A DNA stretch of 11,178 nucleotides, taken from Oculatellaceae cyanobacterium bins.114. GTDB taxonomy: Bacteria > Cyanobacteriota > Cyanobacteriia > Elainellales > Elainellaceae. A program made the position numbers and the translations under genes. The stretch is from assembly GCA_033764315.1 (NCBI GenBank), contig JANRJA010000030.1, positions 1 through 11,178 on the forward strand. The letters are read 5' to 3'. The notes under the pieces were generated by a model, which was not told the origin of the DNA, did not search any database, and was given only the letters and a program-made list of their open reading frames with translations. Shown here piece after piece: positions 6,381-11,178 of this stretch (its first letter is position 1; each line of letters opens with the position of its first letter).

Positions 6381-6411
6381 TTGAATATCTAGTAACTAGA
6401 GTGTTCAGATT
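6381..6411 (+). promoter_or_regulatory. MerR-family promoter/operator P4 (PbrR/CadR-like), 19-bp spacer, upstream of the multicopper oxidase
   Basis: TTGAAT-ATCTAGTAACTAGAGTGTT-CAGATT, with dyad TCTAGT-A-ACTAGA at 6388-6400. The core TAGTAACTAGAG resembles pbrA/cadA operators. The -10 is weak. Confidence 0.7.
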
Positions 6412-6466
6412 AATAGTTGAAGGATAAATTCTCTGCTTACTTATTTTGCAAAAGTTGGAAATCATT

Positions 6467-8008
6467 ATGAAACTTCGTCGTCGCTATTTTCTGGCTCTTG
6501 GTGCAGCTAGTATGGGTGGCGTTTTTATTTCCCGCTGGACAATTGGACAAAACCAACCTGCACAATCTATCACTCTCTATCCTGATTTGTATAAGAGTGT
6601 AAATGGTCTACTAGAGATAGATTTAGAAGCAGATACGCATTCTCTAAGAGTAGGCGAGGGCGCTAGTCGCGCCGCTACGCAACACCAAGCTTCCTTGATG
6701 GCGTACAACGGACAGGTTCCGGCTCCGAGACTGGAAGCCAAACCAGGAGATACAGTACGCATTCACTTCAGTAATAAGCTTACTCAACCTACCAGTCTTC
6801 ACTATCATGGCTTGCACATCTCACCCAATGGCAATGCCGATAACGCTTTTTTGAGTGTTCCACCGAATGAGCAATTAACTTACGAATTCACAATCTCACA
6901 AAATCATCCTGCTGGAACTTTCTGGTATCACCCTCATCTCCATCAAAAGGTTGCAGAGCAAGTCTTTAGTGGATTAGCAGGACTTTTTATCGTGCGGGGA
7001 GATCTCGATGAAATCCCAGAGGTGAAAGCAGCTCAAGAAGAATTTCTTATCCTGCAAGATTTTGACCTGAATGCGAATGGACAGGTCAATCCTCCCAACC
7101 ACATGGGATTGATGATGGGACGGGAAGGTTCACTAGTCACAGTGAATGGCAAGACTAACCCTACCCTTAAAATCACCTCTGGTGGCTTATTGCGCTTGCG
7201 AATACTCAACGCCTCGCCTTCTCGCTTCTATCGTTTAGCACTAGAAAACCACCCCCTTTACCTGATTGCAACCGATGGAGGTGCGATCGCCAAACCTGTT
7301 GAACTGTCTGAATTATTGCTGGCACCCGGAGAACGGGCTGAGGTGTTGGTAAAGGGCGATCGGGCTTCGGGAGAATATCAACTGCTGAACTTGCCCTACG
7401 ATCGCGGTGGCATGGGCATGATGGGTAGTGACATGATGATGCCAGGTATGAGCGGGATGCATGGCTCAATGTCAAACATGCCTGGGATGGGCAATATGGG
7501 TGGCATGGGTCATAACCAAAATACCCAAGCTCAATCCTCACAACTGCTGGCTACGCTGACCTACGAGGGTTCTACAACACCGCTACAGTTACCCGATGAA
7601 CTCACCGAAGTAGAGTCTCTACCAGAACCCAGCAATACCCGCCGCATTGAACTATCAATGGCAATGGGCAATGGGATGACCTTCCTCTTCAATGGTAAGC
7701 CGTTTGATATGGAAAGAATTGATGCAGAGGTGAAGTTGGGGACGGTAGAAGAGTGGGAGCTAGCCAACGTTGACCCCGATCGCATGGATCACCCGTTCCA
7801 TATGCACGTTAACCACTTTCAGGTCATTTCTCGCAACGGTCAGCCAGAGCCTTATCAAGCTTGGAAAGATACTGTGATCGTGAAAGGGGGAGAAACCGTT
7901 CGGATTCGGATTCCATTTAGAGACTTTGTTGGGAAAACAGTCTATCACTGTCATATTCTTGATCACGAAGATTTAGGCATGATGGGGCTGTTGGAGATCA
8001 AGGCGTAA
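6467..8008 (+). CDS. Tat-exported multicopper oxidase (CueO/SufI family) with Met-rich insert
   Basis: Twin-Arg signal MKLRRRYFL (ATG 6467 preferred to TTG 6446). All four Cu-binding motifs are present: HYHG, WYHPH, HPFHMH and HCHILDHEDLGMM. Met/Gly-rich segment at 7406-7513. Confidence 0.95.
   Translation: MKLRRRYFLALGAASMGGVFISRWTIGQNQPAQSITLYPDLYKSVNGLLEIDLEADTHSLRVGEGASRAATQHQASLMAYNGQVPAPRLEAKPGDTVRIHFSNKLTQPTSLHYHGLHISPNGNADNAFLSVPPNEQLTYEFTISQNHPAGTFWYHPHLHQKVAEQVFSGLAGLFIVRGDLDEIPEVKAAQEEFLILQDFDLNANGQVNPPNHMGLMMGREGSLVTVNGKTNPTLKITSGGLLRLRILNASPSRFYRLALENHPLYLIATDGGAIAKPVELSELLLAPGERAEVLVKGDRASGEYQLLNLPYDRGGMGMMGSDMMMPGMSGMHGSMSNMPGMGNMGGMGHNQNTQAQSSQLLATLTYEGSTTPLQLPDELTEVESLPEPSNTRRIELSMAMGNGMTFLFNGKPFDMERIDAEVKLGTVEEWELANVDPDRMDHPFHMHVNHFQVISRNGQPEPYQAWKDTVIVKGGETVRIRIPFRDFVGKTVYHCHILDHEDLGMMGLLEIKA
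6658..6681. repeat. Candidate 24-nt small dispersed repeat (SDR)-like in-frame insertion
   Basis: GGGCGCTAGTCGCGCCGCTACGCA is 18/24 GC, contains hairpin GGCGC-TAGTC-GCGCC plus GCTACGC, directly follows GCGA (a HIP1 half-site), and has a length divisible by 3. Confidence 0.5.
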
Positions 8009-8045
8009 TTACAGACTCAATGAATAGGAACTTTAAATGAAATGA

Positions 8046-8171
8046 AAACTAGAATGCCTCGCTTCCATAGAGACACTTTTGGCAGAGCAGATCGCTAAAT
8101 ATAACGAATTGCGAGGCTATAGTGATGCATCAGCTCAACCTACTTCAAGTTCGCCATCACACCATCATTGA
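8046..8171 (+). pseudogene. 3' remnant of a Spy/CpxP-like periplasmic metal-associated protein gene
   Basis: The frame reads KLECLASIETLLAEQIAKYNELRGYSDASAQPTSSSPSHHH*. L..EQIA.Y..LRGY plus a His tail resembles the C-terminus of that family as I recall it. No in-frame ATG is present. Confidence 0.55.
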
Positions 8172-8284
8172 AGCCGCACCGTCTCCTTCCTACCGCTATA
8201 ACCATGAAGTTAATCAGATAGACAGCTTAAGTTGTTTGAATTAATTGAAATAACGTATTTTTTTCTAAGGAAATATCAACCCCT

Positions 8285-9094
8285 CTAGTGCCCAATTAAA
8301 GGCGTTACTAAATTTGTTGTGCTACTTGGCTGATTATAGTGTTGAGATTTGCGTAGTGTGATGACAACAAGAATGGAAACTACAGTGAGGTAAATACGTT
8401 GTAACCACACATTACTCAACTTCAGGGAAAGCTTCCCACCAATTATTCCGCCCACAAACATAGCGAGACCAAGAATTAAACCTAATGAATAATTTACTAT
8501 TTCTTGGTGAGCAAAGACTAAAGTAGCTACAAGTGAGGAAAAAATATTAATCAGTTTAGTAGTAGCTATTGCTTGAATAAATGTCATACGAAACAACATG
8601 ACATAAGCTGCTGTGAGCAGAGTGACATAACCACCGCTGAAAAAGCCTCCATATATGCCAAGAATAAATGTAGCTGCATAACCCAAGAACTCAACAATCG
8701 ATGAAGGCTTTTCTTCTTCTGGGATAAGTCCAGCATCTCTTTTAATCAATGAGAATACTGCAACTGTAATCATTGAAATAGAAATAATAACTGGCATTGA
8801 CTTAGATGGCACAACGAGTACAAGCAATGCCCCCAAAACTGAGCCTACCAATGTCAATACTGCTAATAATGGCAGTCGTTTAGTGTCAATCATTCCCTTA
8901 CCAATAAAGGGTAAGGTACCACCAACACTCATCAATGTTAATCCCAGCATATTTGTTGCAATAGCAATATGGGGTTCAATTCCAAATGCCAACATGACAG
9001 GAACAGTTATCAAAGATGTGCTACCGGAAATTACACTAATAATGCTGGCTATCAAAAAAACTACAGTGAGGATTAGTATCTGAGGTAAAGGCAT
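8285..9094 (-). CDS. Sulfite exporter TauE/SafE family permease
   Basis: About 8 TM segments. Motifs G...LITVP.ML.FG..P..AIATN, G...GA, GIYGGFFSGG.....T, A.ATTK.IN..S and G...GG..G. Confidence 0.9.
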   Translation of the reverse strand: MPLPQILILTVVFLIASIISVISGSTSLITVPVMLAFGIEPHIAIATNMLGLTLMSVGGTLPFIGKGMIDTKRLPLLAVLTLVGSVLGALLVLVVPSKSMPVIISISMITVAVFSLIKRDAGLIPEEEKPSSIVEFLGYAATFILGIYGGFFSGGYVTLLTAAYVMLFRMTFIQAIATTKLINIFSSLVATLVFAHQEIVNYSLGLILGLAMFVGGIIGGKLSLKLSNVWLQRIYLTVVSILVVITLRKSQHYNQPSSTTNLVTPLIGH

Positions 9095-9178
9095 GGCTGT
9101 ACTGTTGCTTAGTAGCGTTAGTGAATAGTATGGAAACTACAGTTACACCTTACCCTAACTTGACATGTCGTAGCAGCA

Positions 9179-10561
9179 TTAGCTAAGTTCATTCTTGAGT
9201 ACTTCTCCAGATTTTCCTTGAGGAAGTTTTAAGGGTAAACGAACTGTAAATGTGCTGCCTTTGTCCGTCTCACTTTGAACCTGAATGTTCCCTTGATAGG
9301 TTTGAGCGATCGCTTGTGCAATGGCTAACCCTAATCCTGAACCTCCAGTATGACGAGAACGATCACTATGGATGCGGTAGAAGCGATCGAAAATACGCGA
9401 TTGTTCTTTTAGTGGAATACCAATTCCTGTATCTTGAACATAAAATAAAGCATGATTGTCTTCTTTCTGAAGATGAATTGTGACTTTGCCACCTGGAGCA
9501 GTGTACTGAATTGCATTGATAATTAAATTAGCGAAAAGACGATAAAGTTGTTCTTCATTACCTAACACAAATAGCAATTCAGATGTTTCAATTTTGGTCT
9601 TCAGCTCAATCTGAGATGCAGTCGCTAAAGCTAAAAACTCATCAACTAAATCTTCAATTAACCGATTGAGACAGCAAGAAGATTGTTTAGCAGGCACAAT
9701 TTGTAGATCAATGCGTGAAAGCAGCAATAGGTCTTGCACTAATTGGGTAAGCCGCTTACTCTGTCGCTCAATCGTGCGGAGTGTATCCTTAGCCTCAGCT
9801 TCAGTTAAATCAGGTTCATCTAATGAAAATTCAACGGTTGATTGAATGGCAGCAAGGGGGGTTCGGAGTTCGTGAGCAGCATCAGCAGTAAATTGTTGAA
9901 TTTGGCGATAGGACTGATATACAGGCTTCATTGCCAACCCCGATAACCACCATCCTGTCATACCAATGAACAGCATTACAGTTGGCATTCCCAAACCCAG
10001 CATCCAGCGCATTCGGTTTAATTGAATCTCATACTCCTCCAGAGATTGACCCACTTGGATGTATCCCCAAGGACGATAACCCTCGATCTTCAACTGCAAT
10101 ACAATTTGGCGATACCGAGTACCATCAGAGGCTTGAACTGTTTCTAATTCACTTGATGAGATCGTAGCGGGCAATCCTACAGGCTGTTGCCCTGCTGTTG
10201 CTAGCAGAGTACCAGTTGAACTGATAAAGCGAACATAATAGTTATCTTGCACTAATCCTGTGACATGTCTTTCTGCGGAATTGACCTGAGCAACGCAAGA
10301 TGCTCCATTAAGACATACTAGTCCAGGTAGAAAGTGACTTGTAATGGGTGTAACTTCTCCAGGTTGCTGCAAGGCAGGTTCAATCCCATCATGTAACGTT
10401 CCAGCTACAGATGCTAACTTTCGATTGAGTGACTGCCATTGATTATGAGCGATCGCCTTATAAAAACAAAATCCGCTCAGCGCCAGGATAACCCCCATTG
10501 TCCCAACATATAAACCTGCCAAGCGCCAGCGAGTTAGAACAAAAACTTTATTGCGGTTCAT
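9179..10561 (-). CDS. rppB: Sensor histidine kinase, RppB (NrsS/CopS-like) family
   Basis: N-terminus MNRNKVFVLTRWRLAGLY, AGTLHD, H-box FTADAAHELRTPL, N-box NLIINAIQY, G1 DTGIGI, F-box IFDRFYR, G2 GSGLGLAI. The ATG at 10561 overlaps the regulator stop by 14 nt. Confidence 0.9.
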   Translation of the reverse strand: MNRNKVFVLTRWRLAGLYVGTMGVILALSGFCFYKAIAHNQWQSLNRKLASVAGTLHDGIEPALQQPGEVTPITSHFLPGLVCLNGASCVAQVNSAERHVTGLVQDNYYVRFISSTGTLLATAGQQPVGLPATISSSELETVQASDGTRYRQIVLQLKIEGYRPWGYIQVGQSLEEYEIQLNRMRWMLGLGMPTVMLFIGMTGWWLSGLAMKPVYQSYRQIQQFTADAAHELRTPLAAIQSTVEFSLDEPDLTEAEAKDTLRTIERQSKRLTQLVQDLLLLSRIDLQIVPAKQSSCCLNRLIEDLVDEFLALATASQIELKTKIETSELLFVLGNEEQLYRLFANLIINAIQYTAPGGKVTIHLQKEDNHALFYVQDTGIGIPLKEQSRIFDRFYRIHSDRSRHTGGSGLGLAIAQAIAQTYQGNIQVQSETDKGSTFTVRLPLKLPQGKSGEVLKNELS

Positions 10562-11177
10562 ACCGATGTTCCAATACATTGAGGCGATATCCAACACCAT
10601 AAACTGTTTCAATTAAATCTTCACATCCATAACTTGCTAATTTACGCCGTAGAAGCCGCATCTGTGCAGGCACAACATTACTGGTAGGGTCAGCGTTGAG
10701 TTCCCAGATCTGATTCATAATCTGGTCTCGGTTAAGAAGCTGATTCGGGTGTTGCATAAAATACTCCAAAAGCTGAAATTCCTTAGCCGTCAAAGGAATT
10801 TCCTGTTTCGTTAAAGCAATTACCACAAATACAGCAGAGGAACTGTAATCCAGCGTAAGGTTTCCCAGTTGAAGCTGAGATGGCTGCAAGGTCTGCGATC
10901 GCCGTTGAAGTGCTCTAAGTCGTGCTAGTAGTTCTGCATTACTGAAAGGCTTGACTAAGTAATCATCCGCTCCAGCGTCTAACCCTAGAACCCTATCCTC
11001 AATTTGGTCTTTCGCTGTCAACATTAAAACAGGCAGAGAATTATTCTTCGCACGAAGCTGTTTACACAGATCTAGCCCAGACAATCCAGGTAAAAGCCAA
11101 TCGAAAACACCAACCGTGTATTCCACTAAAGTATTCTCTAAACAGTCCCATGCGTCTTCCCCATTTGTAACCCAATC
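10548..11177 (-). CDS. rppA: OmpR-family response regulator, RppA (NrsR/CopR-like); 5'-truncated by the window edge
   Basis: The frame is open to the edge (DWVTNGEDAW...). Receiver motifs FDWLLPG, LMLTAKD and GADDYLVKPF; winged helix LTAKEFQLLEYFM...SNVVPAQMRLLRRKL...IETVYGVGYR. Confidence 0.92.
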   Translation of the reverse strand, partial: DWVTNGEDAWDCLENTLVEYTVGVFDWLLPGLSGLDLCKQLRAKNNSLPVLMLTAKDQIEDRVLGLDAGADDYLVKPFSNAELLARLRALQRRSQTLQPSQLQLGNLTLDYSSSAVFVVIALTKQEIPLTAKEFQLLEYFMQHPNQLLNRDQIMNQIWELNADPTSNVVPAQMRLLRRKLASYGCEDLIETVYGVGYRLNVLEHRYEPQ

Positions 11178-11178
11178 C

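Larger units (their letters stand above)
125..10902. repeat. HIP1 octamer GCGATCGC, 11 dispersed perfect copies
   Basis: Copies start at 125, 1273, 1817, 2099, 3439, 3622, 4147, 7283, 9306, 10449 and 10895. Well under one copy is expected by chance in 11 kb. HIP1 enrichment is characteristic of cyanobacteria. Confidence 0.92.

Noticed and set aside
9140..9171. Possible fifth MerR-type promoter upstream of TauE (minus strand ACGACA-TGTCAAGTTAGGGTAAGGTG-TAACTG), sharing AAGTTAGG and AAGGT with P3
   Set aside because: The -35 and -10 are both poor and the dyad is weak. At best it is a decayed site and cannot be supported.
157..10167. Alternative ORFs in the track (157-492, 497-700, 1101-1298, 2009-2422, 2370-2690, 3031-3330, 3940-4125, 4546-4773, 5084-5272, 6577-6762, 7206-7541, 7561-7785, 7760-7966, 8883-9083, 9250-9483, 9982-10167)
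   Set aside because: They overlap well-supported genes in antisense or alternative frames and show no recognisable motifs, so they are shadow ORFs.
10562..10612. N-terminal extension of the kinase given by the ORF track (start 10612)
   Set aside because: It lies inside the regulator gene. The ATG at 10561 gives the typical RppB-like N-terminus and a short coupling overlap.
1..11178. CRISPR array, tRNA/rRNA, transposase or integrase
   Set aside because: I saw no regularly spaced repeats, structural RNA signatures or recombinase motifs. The repeats in the TPR and BNR genes are protein-level repeats.

Overview
Cyanobacterial heavy-metal homeostasis island; I count 11 perfect HIP1 octamers (GCGATCGC). 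Gene order: 5'-truncated CDF (CzcD/ZitB-type) exporter (+), secreted TPR protein (-), His-rich duplicated-domain lipoprotein (+), TVP38/TMEM64 (DedA/VTT) membrane protein (-), a DUF3105-like gene remnant (-), His-motif BNR beta-propeller lipoprotein (-), uncharacterised membrane protein (+), MerR-family regulator and 8-Cys thioredoxin-fold protein (-), Tat-exported Met-rich multicopper oxidase (+), a Spy/CpxP-like gene remnant (+), TauE/SafE permease (-), and an RppB/RppA-type (NrsS/NrsR, CopS/CopR clade) two-component pair (-, regulator cut by the window edge). The main non-coding signal is four long-spacer (19-20 bp) MerR-type promoter/operators in at least two operator classes, which link several uncharacterised envelope proteins to a metal regulon. 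There is also a probable HIP1-to-HIP1 deletion scar and a probable 24-nt in-frame mini-element in the oxidase gene. Family assignments come from motif recognition and recall, not database searches.
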